This document shows, piece after piece, positions 1 through 9,683 of a stretch of DNA of 31,190 nucleotides; the stretch's first letter is position 1, and each line of letters opens with the position of its first letter. The stretch covers positions 1 through 31,190 of the IMG/VR virus record IMGVR_UViG_3300030095_000973. One strand, written 5' to 3'. Origin of the DNA: a virus (taxonomy: Duplodnaviria; Caudoviricetes). A model generated the notes under the pieces. It saw nothing but the letters and a program-made list of their open reading frames with translations. It had not been told where the DNA came from and ran no database searches. Made by a program: the position numbers and the translations under genes.

Positions 1-15
1 AGAATAAAAAAATTA

Positions 16-35
16 TAAATTAAATTAAATTAAAT
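16..35 (+). repeat. (TAAAT)4 tandem repeat immediately upstream of the ATG at 37; probable A/T-rich translation initiation region
   Basis: TAAAT occurs at 16, 21, 26 and 31, followed by T and ATG. No AGGAGG-like sequence is present. Confidence 0.6.
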
Positions 36-36
36 T

Positions 37-309
37 ATGAAAACAAAAGAAAAAATGGTTGACCTTAAACCTAAGGCTGACAAAATATCTGATGAACACT
101 TAAAAGAGCTACAAGGTATATTAAATATAACAAATAATATTCAATTTAAAATTGGACAATTAGAAGGACAAAAACATAACCTACTACATGAGTTAGGATT
201 AACTCAAAAGAAAATTGTAGACATGCAAGACAAGCTTTCTAAAGAATATGGCACTTTTGATATTAATGTTACAGACGGTACTATTAATAAAAAAGAAGAT
301 GAAAAATAA
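37..309 (+). CDS. Small hypothetical phage protein with a central coiled coil (90 aa)
   Basis: ORF track. A Leu/Gln-rich helical segment is followed by KEYGTFDINVTDGTI. The start context is A/T-rich like the other genes. Confidence 0.75.
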   Translation: MKTKEKMVDLKPKADKISDEHLKELQGILNITNNIQFKIGQLEGQKHNLLHELGLTQKKIVDMQDKLSKEYGTFDINVTDGTINKKEDEK

Positions 310-523
310 TATCATCAGAAAAATCACCATAGGTAAAGATTACAAAAACGATGCTATGCACTACGCTGTAGGCCAAGAAGTCTATGGTGGTCATAAAATA
401 TGCGATATAATAGAAGAAGAAGACAAATACTGTATTTATATTAGAAAAGATGATATAGTAATACCTTGGAAAGATTTTAATAAAAACATGGCAATATCAG
501 TCGAGTATAACTTAGAATATTAA
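299..523 (+). CDS. Small hypothetical phage protein (74 aa, MKNNIIRKITIGKDY...VEYNLEY)
   Basis: Same frame as track ORF 248..523. The ATG at 299 overlaps the upstream gene by only 11 nt and is preferred over 248. Its stop overlaps the next start (TAATG). Confidence 0.7.
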   Translation: MKNNIIRKITIGKDYKNDAMHYAVGQEVYGGHKICDIIEEEDKYCIYIRKDDIVIPWKDFNKNMAISVEYNLEY

Positions 524-1110
524 TGAATGCTTACAAAGATTATATTATCGAGCCTATTGGTAATAGGTATAATAACAGTGTACGAGTCGATGACAAAGAA
601 CTAATAATTAACACTGAAATATACAATCATCAATATGTAAATAGATTAGCAAAAATTATCGCTACTCCATTATTATTTCAATCACCTTTAAATGTAGGTG
701 ATGAAGTAATAGTGCATCATAACATATTTAGAAGATGGAGTGATGTAAAAGGTAAAGAAAGAAACAGTAGATCTTATTGGAAAGATAATAAATATATAAT
801 ATCTGAAAACCAAATATATTTATATAAAAGAAAAAATTGGATTGCCATGCCAGGTTATAGTTTTGTGAAGCCGTTAAAAGCAATAAATAGTTTTAATACT
901 GAAGAAGAAAGACCTTTAGTTGGTGTTATTAAATACTCTGATGGAACTTTTAATAAAAAAGAACTAGTTGGCTTTAGACCTAATAGTGAGTTTGAGTTTG
1001 TTATTAATGGAGAAAGATTATACAGGGTTATGAACAATTTTATTACAATTAAATATGAATATCAAGGAAACGAAGAAGAATATAATCCAAGCTGGGCACA
1101 AGGCGGTTGA
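523..1110 (+). CDS. GroES/Cpn10-like co-chaperonin-fold protein, possibly with a duplicated domain
   Basis: DYIIEP...ELII...AKIIATP...LNVGDEVIV resembles the GroES strand pattern (DRVlV, G.V.AVG, VKVGD.V). A second, weaker copy reads YSFVKP...GVIKY...KKELVGF...EFVINGERLY. It lies directly upstream of the terminase genes. Confidence 0.5.
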   Translation: MNAYKDYIIEPIGNRYNNSVRVDDKELIINTEIYNHQYVNRLAKIIATPLLFQSPLNVGDEVIVHHNIFRRWSDVKGKERNSRSYWKDNKYIISENQIYLYKRKNWIAMPGYSFVKPLKAINSFNTEEERPLVGVIKYSDGTFNKKELVGFRPNSEFEFVINGERLYRVMNNFITIKYEYQGNEEEYNPSWAQGG

Positions 1111-1330
1111 GGAATTAATTAAAGTTGCTAGAGAAGAAATAGTTGATTCAGACGAAGATATATCAGCAGACAGATTAAAAAACGCAGCAGCAACTAAAAA
1201 GTTAGCTATATTTGACGCGTTTGAAATATTAAATAGAATCCACGAGGAAGAAAACATGTTAGAAGGCAAGCCTGCAGAAGAAAAGAAAGAGAATACTTTT
1301 AAAGGATTTGCAGAAGGAAGGTCTAAGTAA
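1055..1330 (+). CDS. Putative terminase small subunit (helical, 91 aa)
   Basis: Small helical ORF coupled to TerL by a TAATG overlap. The function is assigned from position only. Confidence 0.45.
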   Translation: MNIKETKKNIIQAGHKAVEELIKVAREEIVDSDEDISADRLKNAAATKKLAIFDAFEILNRIHEEENMLEGKPAEEKKENTFKGFAEGRSK

Positions 1331-3564
1331 TGTATAAGCAGTCATTATATAAGGTTGTAAAGCCTATAAGAGAAAATACTATTAAAAGACTTAATAAGTC
1401 TAAAAAATGGAAGTATGGTTACAATAAAGAAAGCAATTTAGTATCTATATCTAAATCTGGTCAAATAGGTGAAATATTAGAGATACAAGGTTTTCAAATA
1501 GCTTTACCAAGACAGCCAAAAGAAATATACAGCCGTAGCAAAATAAAAGAAAAGCAAAAGTGGGAACAATTCCCTACTAATCCTGACTTTAAAAGAATTA
1601 AAACAGTATTTGATTGGCAAGATTATCCAGATGATTTTAAAGAAAAACATTACGGCTATATAGACGAAGAGTTCAAAAGAAGAGAAGAAGGATTTTGGTT
1701 TATGAATAATGGTAGACCAACATATATAACGGGTACACATTATATGTACTTACAATGGAGTAAAATTGATGTAGGCGCTCCAGATTATAGAGAGGCAAAT
1801 AGATTATTTTTTATATTTTGGGAGGCTTGCAAGGCAGACAAAAGAAGTTATGGAATGTGCTATTTAAAAAATAGACGTTCTGGTTTTTCATTTATGAGTT
1901 CAGCTGAAACAGTTAATCTAGCTACACTAGCAGGAGATAGTAGATTTGGTATATTATCTAAAACTGGAGCTGATGCTAAAAAAATGTTTACAGACAAAGT
2001 TGTACCAATAAGTCTCAACTATCCATTTTTCTTTAAACCAATACAAGATGGTATGGACCGACCAAAGTCCGAACTCGCATATAGAGTGCCAGCTAAAAAG
2101 TTTACTCGTAAGAAAATACGTGAGCGTGAGGAAATGGATGACGTTGAAGGACTAGACACGACTATAGACTGGAAAAACACAGGTGATAACAGTTATGATG
2201 GTGAAAAACTTTCTTTATTAGTACATGACGAAAGTGGTAAGTGGGAAAGGCCTGATAATATAAAAAATAACTGGAGAGTTACAAAAACTTGTTTAAGATT
2301 AGGTAGTAGAGTTGTTGGTAAGTGTATGATGGGATCAACAAGCAATGCTCTTGATAAGGGTGGTGATAATTTTAAGAATCTATATAATAACTCTGATGTA
2401 ACAAAAAGAAATAGAAATGGACAAACAAAGTCTGGATTATATTCTTTATTTATCCCAATGGAGTGGAACTATGAAGGATTTATCGATGAATACGGTCAAC
2501 CGGTTTTTAACACACCTCAAGAAGAAAAAAAAGATCCTCAAGGATTAGAAATAGATTACGGCGTTATTGACCACTGGAACAATGAGGCTGATGGATTAAA
2601 AGATGATCAAGATGCTTTAAATGAATTTTACCGACAGTTTCCAAGAACCGAAGAGCATGCATTTAGAGACGAAACTAAAAATAGTATATTTAATCTTATA
2701 AAAATATATGAGCAAATAGATTATAACGAAGGTAATAAAAATTCATCTGTATTAACAACTGGTAATTTTCAATGGACAGCTGGAGTAAAAGATACACAAG
2801 TAGTTTTTAATGCTGATCCTAACGGTAGATTTAAAGTTAGTTGGGTTCCTAGTAGCAAATTACAAAATAACGTTATATTAAAAAATGGCGTAAAATACCC
2901 AGGTAACGAACATATGGGTGCATTTGGGTGTGACTCCTATGATATATCAGGTACGGTAGACGGAACAGGATCGAAAGGAGCTTTACACGGATTAACAAAA
3001 TTTTCAATGGAAGATGCTCCAGCTAATACATTTTTTTTAGAATATATAGCTAGACCACAAACGGCTGATATGTTTTTCGAAGATGTTTTGATGTCTTTAG
3101 TTTTTTATGGTATGCCAATATTAGCAGAAAATAATAAACCTAGACTATTATATTATTTGCGTAGAAGAGGGTATAGAAAGTTTAGTATAAATAGACCAGA
3201 TAAAATTTGGAATAAGCTATCAGTTGCAGAAAAAGAAGTTGGTGGAATACCAAACTCTAGTGAAGATATAAAGCAAGCTCATGCAGCAGCTATTGAAATG
3301 TATATTAACGACCATGTTGGCTTGCTGCAAGACGGTACTTATGGCACTATGTATTTTAATGATACTTTAAACGACTGGTCAAGATTTGATATAAATAAAA
3401 GAACAAAGCACGATGCATCAATAAGCTCGGGCTTAGCAGTAATGGCTTGTAATAGGCACTTATACCGACCAAACCCAAAAATAGAAAAACAACCAGTTAA
3501 TATTAGTGTACACAAGTATAATAATAAAGGATTTCAATCTAAAATAATAACAAACAAAATATGA
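1330..3564 (+). CDS. terL: Terminase large subunit
   Basis: Deviant Walker A (LKNRRSGFS), Walker B (LLVHDESGK), coupling motif (MMGST) and RNase H-like nuclease acidic motifs (FGCDSYD, AENN, HDASISS). Located directly before the portal. Confidence 0.92.
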   Translation: MYKQSLYKVVKPIRENTIKRLNKSKKWKYGYNKESNLVSISKSGQIGEILEIQGFQIALPRQPKEIYSRSKIKEKQKWEQFPTNPDFKRIKTVFDWQDYPDDFKEKHYGYIDEEFKRREEGFWFMNNGRPTYITGTHYMYLQWSKIDVGAPDYREANRLFFIFWEACKADKRSYGMCYLKNRRSGFSFMSSAETVNLATLAGDSRFGILSKTGADAKKMFTDKVVPISLNYPFFFKPIQDGMDRPKSELAYRVPAKKFTRKKIREREEMDDVEGLDTTIDWKNTGDNSYDGEKLSLLVHDESGKWERPDNIKNNWRVTKTCLRLGSRVVGKCMMGSTSNALDKGGDNFKNLYNNSDVTKRNRNGQTKSGLYSLFIPMEWNYEGFIDEYGQPVFNTPQEEKKDPQGLEIDYGVIDHWNNEADGLKDDQDALNEFYRQFPRTEEHAFRDETKNSIFNLIKIYEQIDYNEGNKNSSVLTTGNFQWTAGVKDTQVVFNADPNGRFKVSWVPSSKLQNNVILKNGVKYPGNEHMGAFGCDSYDISGTVDGTGSKGALHGLTKFSMEDAPANTFFLEYIARPQTADMFFEDVLMSLVFYGMPILAENNKPRLLYYLRRRGYRKFSINRPDKIWNKLSVAEKEVGGIPNSSEDIKQAHAAAIEMYINDHVGLLQDGTYGTMYFNDTLNDWSRFDINKRTKHDASISSGLAVMACNRHLYRPNPKIEKQPVNISVHKYNNKGFQSKIITNKI

Positions 3565-5963
3565 TTCAATCTCATGTAAATTTTCCATCACAAGCGGTAA
3601 GTGATTTAGAAAAACTATCTGAAAAGTATGGGCTAGACGTAGCTAAAGCTATAAGACAAGAGTGGTTTAATGGCGCTACTTCTAAATTTGACGGTAATAT
3701 AAATAACTTTCATCAACTAAAACTATATGCTAGAGGCGAGCAATCAATTAAAAAATATAAGAACGAATTATCTATAAATGGTGATTTATCATATTTAAAT
3801 TTAGACTGGAAGCCAGTTCCTATTATTCCTAAGTTTGTAGACATTGTTGTGAATGGTATGTCACAAAGAAATTACGAAATAAATGCTTATTCACAAGATC
3901 AATTTGGAATAACTAAAAGAACCGAGTATATGGAATCTATACTTAGAGATATGAGAGCTAAAGAGTACACTAATTTAGTTCAAGAACAGTTTGGTATTGA
4001 TATATCAGAAAACCCACCAGAGTCACTTCCTGATTCAGAAGAAGAGCTAGCTTTGCATATGCAACTTAATTACAAGCAGGCCGTGGAATTAGCAGAAGAA
4101 CAAGCTATCAATGTCTTAATGGACAATAGCGATTATGATTTAACAAGACGAAGAGTTTTATATGATTTAGCAGTATTAGGTATAGGTGCTACAAAAACAA
4201 CTTTTGATTTTACTGATGGCGTTAAAATAAAATACGTTGATCCAGCTAACTTAATTTACTCCCATACAGAGTCTCCTTATTTTGATGATATATATTACGT
4301 TGGTGAAGTAAAAATTGTGCCAATAAATGAATTAGTAAAAGAATTTCCTGATTTAAGCGAAAGCGAAATAAAAGAAATAGTAGAACACGCTGGGTATACA
4401 ACTCATAGACACGCTCATTATAGAAGAGAGCTAGATAAAAATCAAGTAGAGGTTTTGTATTTTAATTATAAAACTCACATGAACGATGTTTACAAGCTTA
4501 AAAAATTAGGAAGTGGTGCTGAAAAGGTGATTGAAAAAGATGATTCATTTGACCCACCTATAGAAAGTATGGACGGTAATTTTAGTAAATTAGAAAGAAC
4601 TGTAGAGGTCTTATATGAAGGCGTTTATTTAATAGGTCCTGATAAATTATTAAAATGGAAAATGGCAGATAATATGATGCGCTCTGAATCTGATTTTGGC
4701 ACTGTGAAAATGAATTATCAAATAGTAGCTCCTAGAATGTATCAAGGAAGAATTGAATCTATAGTTAGTAGAATAACAGGTTTTGCTGATATGATACAAT
4801 TAACACATTTAAAGTTACAACAAGTAATGTCTAGAATGGTGCCGGACGGTGTTTATTTAGACGTAGATGGTTTAGCAGAAGTTGATTTAGGTAATGGAAC
4901 TAATTACAATCCACAAGAAGCTTTAAATATGTTTTTCCAAACTGGTAGTGTTATTGGTAGAAGTTTTACTAGCGAAGGTGATGGTAATCCAGGTAAAGTA
5001 CCAATACAGCAAATAAATAACGGAGTCAATGGTGGTAAAATACAAAGTTTAATTCAAACTTACAATTACTATCTACAAATGATAAGAGACACGACAGGGT
5101 TGAACGAGGCTAGAGATGCTGCTACTCCAGATAAAAATGCTTTAGTTGGTGTTCAAAAATTAGCCGCTGCAAACTCTAATACAGCGACTAGACATATATT
5201 ACAAGCGATGTTATTTTTAACGGCTGAAGTTGCTGAGTGTTTGTCTTTACGAATATCTGATATTGTAGAATACTCACCAACAAAAAATGCTTTTATTCAA
5301 GCTATAGGCGCTCATAACGTAGCAACGCTTGAAGAAATGTCAAATTTACATCTTCACGATTTTGGTATATTTATAGAACTATTACCAGATGAAGAAGAAA
5401 AGCAATTACTTGAAAACAATATACAAGTTGCATTAGGCCAAAAAATGCTTGATCTAGATGATGCTATTGATTTACGTAACGTAAGAAATATAAAGCTTGC
5501 TAATCAGTTATTAAAAGTTAAAAGAAAAGCTAAAGCCGAAAGAGATCAAGCGATGCAACAACAAAATATGCAGGCTCAAGCTCAGGCTAATGCACAGCAG
5601 TCTCAAGCGGCGGCTCAAGCTGAAGCACAAAAACATCAATCTAAAACACAAGCTGAAGCTCAATTAGAACAAACTAAAAATCAATTACAAATACAATTTT
5701 TACAAGCAGAGGTTCAAGCTAAAAAAGAATTAATGCAATATGAATTTGAATTAAACTCTCAATTAGAAGGAATGAAGCAAGATACAGATAAAGAAAAAGA
5801 AGACAAGCGAGAAGATAGAAAAGACATGAGAGTTGATAGACAAGCTAATCATCAAATGAATATGATTGAGCAAAGAAAACAGGGTGATGCTGATAAAAAA
5901 TTCGAATCATCAGGTAATGATATACTTAGTGGAGATGCGGGTATGAGAAAATTCGGTCTCTAA
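3561..5963 (+). CDS. Portal protein (podovirus type) with a Gln/Ala-rich C-terminal helical barrel
   Basis: 800 aa, ATGA-coupled to TerL. Contains WKPVPIIPKFVDIVVNG, IKYVDPANLIY and IRDTTGLNEARD, then a long QAQAQA coiled coil as in P22-like portals. Confidence 0.85.
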   Translation: MIQSHVNFPSQAVSDLEKLSEKYGLDVAKAIRQEWFNGATSKFDGNINNFHQLKLYARGEQSIKKYKNELSINGDLSYLNLDWKPVPIIPKFVDIVVNGMSQRNYEINAYSQDQFGITKRTEYMESILRDMRAKEYTNLVQEQFGIDISENPPESLPDSEEELALHMQLNYKQAVELAEEQAINVLMDNSDYDLTRRRVLYDLAVLGIGATKTTFDFTDGVKIKYVDPANLIYSHTESPYFDDIYYVGEVKIVPINELVKEFPDLSESEIKEIVEHAGYTTHRHAHYRRELDKNQVEVLYFNYKTHMNDVYKLKKLGSGAEKVIEKDDSFDPPIESMDGNFSKLERTVEVLYEGVYLIGPDKLLKWKMADNMMRSESDFGTVKMNYQIVAPRMYQGRIESIVSRITGFADMIQLTHLKLQQVMSRMVPDGVYLDVDGLAEVDLGNGTNYNPQEALNMFFQTGSVIGRSFTSEGDGNPGKVPIQQINNGVNGGKIQSLIQTYNYYLQMIRDTTGLNEARDAATPDKNALVGVQKLAAANSNTATRHILQAMLFLTAEVAECLSLRISDIVEYSPTKNAFIQAIGAHNVATLEEMSNLHLHDFGIFIELLPDEEEKQLLENNIQVALGQKMLDLDDAIDLRNVRNIKLANQLLKVKRKAKAERDQAMQQQNMQAQAQANAQQSQAAAQAEAQKHQSKTQAEAQLEQTKNQLQIQFLQAEVQAKKELMQYEFELNSQLEGMKQDTDKEKEDKREDRKDMRVDRQANHQMNMIEQRKQGDADKKFESSGNDILSGDAGMRKFGL

Positions 5964-5989
5964 TTTTTAATATTTTATAAAATTTTATT

Positions 5990-7159
5990 ATGGAAGAAAA
6001 AAACAAAGAAGTTGTTGAAAAGACAACTGAAAAGGTTGTTGAAAAAAAAGAACAGCCAAGGGATAAAAAAGGTAAATTTAAATCTAAACCAAAAGTTGAA
6101 AACGATGGGGTTGTTAAAATAGATTTAAGTAAACCACCTCCAGTAAAAGAAGAGGTTATCGAAGAAAAAGAAAACGTAGTTGAAGAATTAAAAACTGAAA
6201 CTCCAGAAGTCAAAGCTCCAGATTCTACAGAAGAAATTCCAGTAATGGAAGAAATCACGCAAGAAGAAAAAGTAGAAGAAATAAAAGAAGTTGCTAAAGA
6301 GGCAATTGAAAACATGGAAGCTACTGGAAAGCCATTACCAGAAAACATACAAAAGTTAGTGGAATTTATGGACGAAACTGGTGGTGATTTAAACGATTAC
6401 GTACAATTAAATAGAGACGTTAAAAAAATGGACGACTCTGACGTATTAGATGAGTATTATAAGCAAACAAAATCTCATTTATCACCAGAAGAAAGATCTT
6501 TTTTATTAGAAGATAATTATGGTATAGATGAAGAATTAGATGATGAGAAACAAATACGTAAAAAGAAAATAGCCCTTAAAGAGCAAGTTGCCGAGGCTAG
6601 AGCCCACTTAGACAGGCAAAAGTCTAAATATTATGAAGATATCAAAGCTGGAAGTAAACTCACAGAAGAGCAACAACAAGCTATTGATTTTTTCAATCGA
6701 TCTGAAGAACAGAAGAAGCAAACAGAAGTACATAAAAGAACATTTTTAAATAAAACTGATAGTTTTTTTGGACAAGATTTCAAAGGTTTTGAATACAATG
6801 TCGGAGATAAACGTTATAGGTTTAATGTAAAAGATGTTGATAAGGTTAAGACGACCCAAAGTGATATCAATAATTTTGTTAGTAAGTTTACTAATAAAGA
6901 AAACACAACTATTGAAGACGCTGAAGGTTATCATAAATCATTATTTACCGCTATGAACGCTGATGCTATAGCTAAACATTTTTACGAGCAAGGTAAATCT
7001 GATGCAATTAAAGATAGTGTTGCTAAAAACAAGAATATAAATTTAGAACCTAGAAAAATGCATGGCGAATACGAGGCTGGTGGATTAAAGGTTAAAGTGT
7101 TAGGTCAAACTTCTTCTGATATTAAAAACAGGTCATTTAGAATTAAAAAGAAAAATTAA
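5990..7159 (+). CDS. Putative capsid scaffolding protein
   Basis: Very acidic E/K/V/P-rich disordered N-terminus, a QPRDKKGKF motif and a helical C-terminal half. Located between the portal and capsid genes. Confidence 0.6.
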   Translation: MEEKNKEVVEKTTEKVVEKKEQPRDKKGKFKSKPKVENDGVVKIDLSKPPPVKEEVIEEKENVVEELKTETPEVKAPDSTEEIPVMEEITQEEKVEEIKEVAKEAIENMEATGKPLPENIQKLVEFMDETGGDLNDYVQLNRDVKKMDDSDVLDEYYKQTKSHLSPEERSFLLEDNYGIDEELDDEKQIRKKKIALKEQVAEARAHLDRQKSKYYEDIKAGSKLTEEQQQAIDFFNRSEEQKKQTEVHKRTFLNKTDSFFGQDFKGFEYNVGDKRYRFNVKDVDKVKTTQSDINNFVSKFTNKENTTIEDAEGYHKSLFTAMNADAIAKHFYEQGKSDAIKDSVAKNKNINLEPRKMHGEYEAGGLKVKVLGQTSSDIKNRSFRIKKKN

Positions 7160-7176
7160 CTTAAAAATTTATAATT

Positions 7177-8667
7177 ATGGCAATAACTGCAGGAGGTAGT
7201 TTGAATAGTGTTACGGCTTCACAGCAACAAACACTAGCATCAAATTACATCGACTTTACGAGCACTGACACAAAAGGTTGGGCTCAACAATACCTGCCTG
7301 ACTTAATGGAAAAAGAAGCTGAAGTTTTCGGACAGAGAACTATTTCAGGTTTTTTATCTCAAGTTGGAGCGGAAGAGGCTATGACGGCTGATCAAGTCAT
7401 CTGGTCTGAACAATCAAGATTACACTTATCGTACGTTGGTACAGTAGCAACAGCTGGTGATACTAATGGTACTTTTACGGTAGTAACTGATATAGATGGG
7501 AATGCGTTAACTACTACTCATGGTATTAGAGTTAACGATATCGTACTTATAGCAACTGCTGGTGTAGTAACTAAATGTTTAGTAGTAGAAACTCCAGAAT
7601 CTGATGTCGTTTCAGTTGAACCTTATACAGCTACAGATTTAAGTGCACACGCAACAACTGCGTCTGGTTCTGTTTTATTAGTTGTTGGTTCTGAGTACGG
7701 TAAAGGACAATCTTACTCTGATAACACTGGTACGCACAATTCTGATAGAAGAACAGCTTTAGAACCTACTTTCAAATCTTTTACTAACAAACCAATCATT
7801 ATGAAGGATTACTACGAGATCTCTGGATCTGATTCTTCTCAAATTGGCTGGGTTGAAGTTACTGGTGAAGAAGGGCAAAATGGTTACTTATGGTACTTAA
7901 AAGCTGAAGGCGACACAAGAGCTCGTTTCAATGATTACTTAGAAATGGCAATGTTAGAAGCTGAAAAAACAGTTGATGGTTCTGCTATTGGCTTTGCTGA
8001 TAAGCAAATTAGAGGTGCTGCTGATTCTGGTGCTGGTTTAAATGGTAGTGAAGGTTTATTTGCTGCTATTGAATCAAGAGGTAATATTACTTCTGGTGTT
8101 ACAGGTGTTAACGCTGCTACTGATTTAGCTGAATTCGATGCTATTTTAGCTGAGTTTGATAAGCAAGGCGCTATTGAAGAAAACATGATGTTTGTTAATA
8201 GAGCTACATCTCTTGCAATGGACGATATGTTAGCTTCAATGAATTCTTACGGAGCTGGAGGTACTTCTTACGGAGTATTTGACAACGACGAAGATATGGC
8301 GTTAAATTTAGGTTTCTCAGGATTCCGAAGAGGTTCTTATGACTTCTACAAATCTGATTTCAGATACTTAAATGATAAAGCTACTAGAGGGGAAATAAAC
8401 AGAATTGCAGGATCTGCTGCTATTCGTGGAGTTATGATTCCAGCTGGTACGTCTACTGTGTACGATCAGTCTATAGGTAAAAACTTAAAAAGACCATTCT
8501 TACACGTTAGATATAGAGCTTCTCAAACTGATAACCGAAAAATGAAAACTTGGGTTACTGGTTCTGTTGGAGCATCTACATCTGCTTTAGATGCAATGCA
8601 ATTACATATGTTATCAGAAAGATGTTTAGTTACACAAGGTGCTAACAACTTTATGTTAATGAAGTAA
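7177..8667 (+). CDS. Major capsid protein (HK97 fold, with a beta-rich insertion)
   Basis: 496 aa, Gly/Ala/Thr-rich, with codon bias typical of highly expressed genes (GCT/GGT/TTC/TAC). Contains WSEQSRLH, FTNKPIIMKDYYEISGSD and LGFSGFRRGSYDFY. It follows the scaffold-like gene and is followed by a terminator. Confidence 0.85.
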   Translation: MAITAGGSLNSVTASQQQTLASNYIDFTSTDTKGWAQQYLPDLMEKEAEVFGQRTISGFLSQVGAEEAMTADQVIWSEQSRLHLSYVGTVATAGDTNGTFTVVTDIDGNALTTTHGIRVNDIVLIATAGVVTKCLVVETPESDVVSVEPYTATDLSAHATTASGSVLLVVGSEYGKGQSYSDNTGTHNSDRRTALEPTFKSFTNKPIIMKDYYEISGSDSSQIGWVEVTGEEGQNGYLWYLKAEGDTRARFNDYLEMAMLEAEKTVDGSAIGFADKQIRGAADSGAGLNGSEGLFAAIESRGNITSGVTGVNAATDLAEFDAILAEFDKQGAIEENMMFVNRATSLAMDDMLASMNSYGAGGTSYGVFDNDEDMALNLGFSGFRRGSYDFYKSDFRYLNDKATRGEINRIAGSAAIRGVMIPAGTSTVYDQSIGKNLKRPFLHVRYRASQTDNRKMKTWVTGSVGASTSALDAMQLHMLSERCLVTQGANNFMLMK

Positions 8668-8675
8668 ATCACTTT

Positions 8676-8725
8676 AAGATTGGGTGGTACGCATGTAAAA
8701 GCACGCCACCCTTTCTTTATTTATT
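8676..8725 (+). terminator. Probable intrinsic terminator after the major capsid gene
   Basis: GGGTGGT (8682-8688) pairs with GCCACCC (8705-8711) with one G-U pair, followed by TTTCTTTATTTATT. Confidence 0.7.
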
Positions 8726-8746
8726 AATTTTTTATTATATTATATT

Positions 8747-9577
8747 ATGGCAAAGAAAAAAATAACTAAGGTTGAAGAACCTATAGTTGAAGAAACAATG
8801 GTTGTAGAAGAGCAACCTAAGGTTGAGACTCCAAAAATGGAAGTTAAACCAAAAAACACTTGGGAAATAAAAGATAGAATGTATTATTTAAAAAGTAATA
8901 AAAGGCCTTTATCTAGGTCTATTAGATCTGCAAATATACATTGGTTTGATGAAGAAAAAGGATACGAAAGAGAACTAAAAAATTGTTCAAATCAAAAAAC
9001 CCCTTTTGTTGATGAAATGAAAGGCGATCAAAGGTTAGAGCATATTGTATTTAGATCTGGGTACTTAATGATACCAAAAGAAAAAACAGTATTGCAAAAA
9101 TTACTTTCTTTATATCACCCAGATAAAGACGTTTTATATTACGAAGACAAACCTATTGAAACAGCTAAAAATCAATTAGATTGGCTGGAGTTTGAAGTTG
9201 AGGCGCTTAAAATAGCTAAAGATATGGATATTGATTTAGCTGAAGCTATAATGAGAGCTGAAGTTGGATCTAAAGTAAATAGCTTAAGTTCTAAAGAACT
9301 TAGAAGAGACTTATTATTATTTGCTAGAAATAATCCTAGGTTATTTATAGAGTTAACTACTGATGATAATGTTCAACTTAGAAACTTTGGTATTAAAGCT
9401 GTCGAGGCTGGAATAATTAAACTATCGTCTGATCAACGTTATTTTATGTGGGGATCAAATAATAGAAAATTAATGACAGTTCCTTTTGATGAGCATCCAT
9501 ATTCAGCTTTAGCTGCTTGGTTTAAAACCGATGAAGGTATGGAAATATATTCAAATATAGAAAAAAGAATGAAATAA
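8747..9577 (+). CDS. Conserved-looking phage protein downstream of the capsid gene (possible minor head or assembly protein)
   Basis: 276-aa ORF with an acidic disordered N-terminus and a globular remainder, flanked by terminators. The function is inferred from position only. Confidence 0.6.
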   Translation: MAKKKITKVEEPIVEETMVVEEQPKVETPKMEVKPKNTWEIKDRMYYLKSNKRPLSRSIRSANIHWFDEEKGYERELKNCSNQKTPFVDEMKGDQRLEHIVFRSGYLMIPKEKTVLQKLLSLYHPDKDVLYYEDKPIETAKNQLDWLEFEVEALKIAKDMDIDLAEAIMRAEVGSKVNSLSSKELRRDLLLFARNNPRLFIELTTDDNVQLRNFGIKAVEAGIIKLSSDQRYFMWGSNNRKLMTVPFDEHPYSALAAWFKTDEGMEIYSNIEKRMK

Positions 9578-9595
9578 CATTTTTTAACTAATATT

Positions 9596-9629
9596 AATAG
9601 CCACTCATTACGGGTGGCTATTTTTATTT
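9596..9629 (+). terminator. Intrinsic terminator
   Basis: Hairpin AATAGCCACTC-ATTAC-GGGTGGCTATT (9596-9622) running into TTTATTT. Confidence 0.85.
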
Positions 9630-9652
9630 AAAGGCTAACCTTCCACTTTATT

Positions 9653-9676
9653 ATGTAACTATATAATAGTAAAATA
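9653..9676 (+). promoter_or_regulatory. Candidate phage promoter, copy 1 (ATGTAACTATATAATAGTAAAATA)
   Basis: Exact 24-bp match to 19467-19490. Intergenic, just after a terminator and 7 nt before the ATG at 9684. Contains TATAAT. Confidence 0.7.
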
Positions 9677-9683
9677 AAAAGAA

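Noticed and set aside
248-298. Longer start (ATG 248) for the second ORF, giving a hydrophobic, signal-like N-terminus
   Set aside because: It lies wholly within gene 37..309 in another frame. ATG 299 gives a typical short overlap, and the hydrophobic stretch is probably an off-frame artefact.
5540-5720. CAAGCT/CAGGCT-like repeats in the portal gene
   Set aside because: Explained by the Gln/Ala-rich coiled-coil coding sequence; not a DNA-level repeat array.
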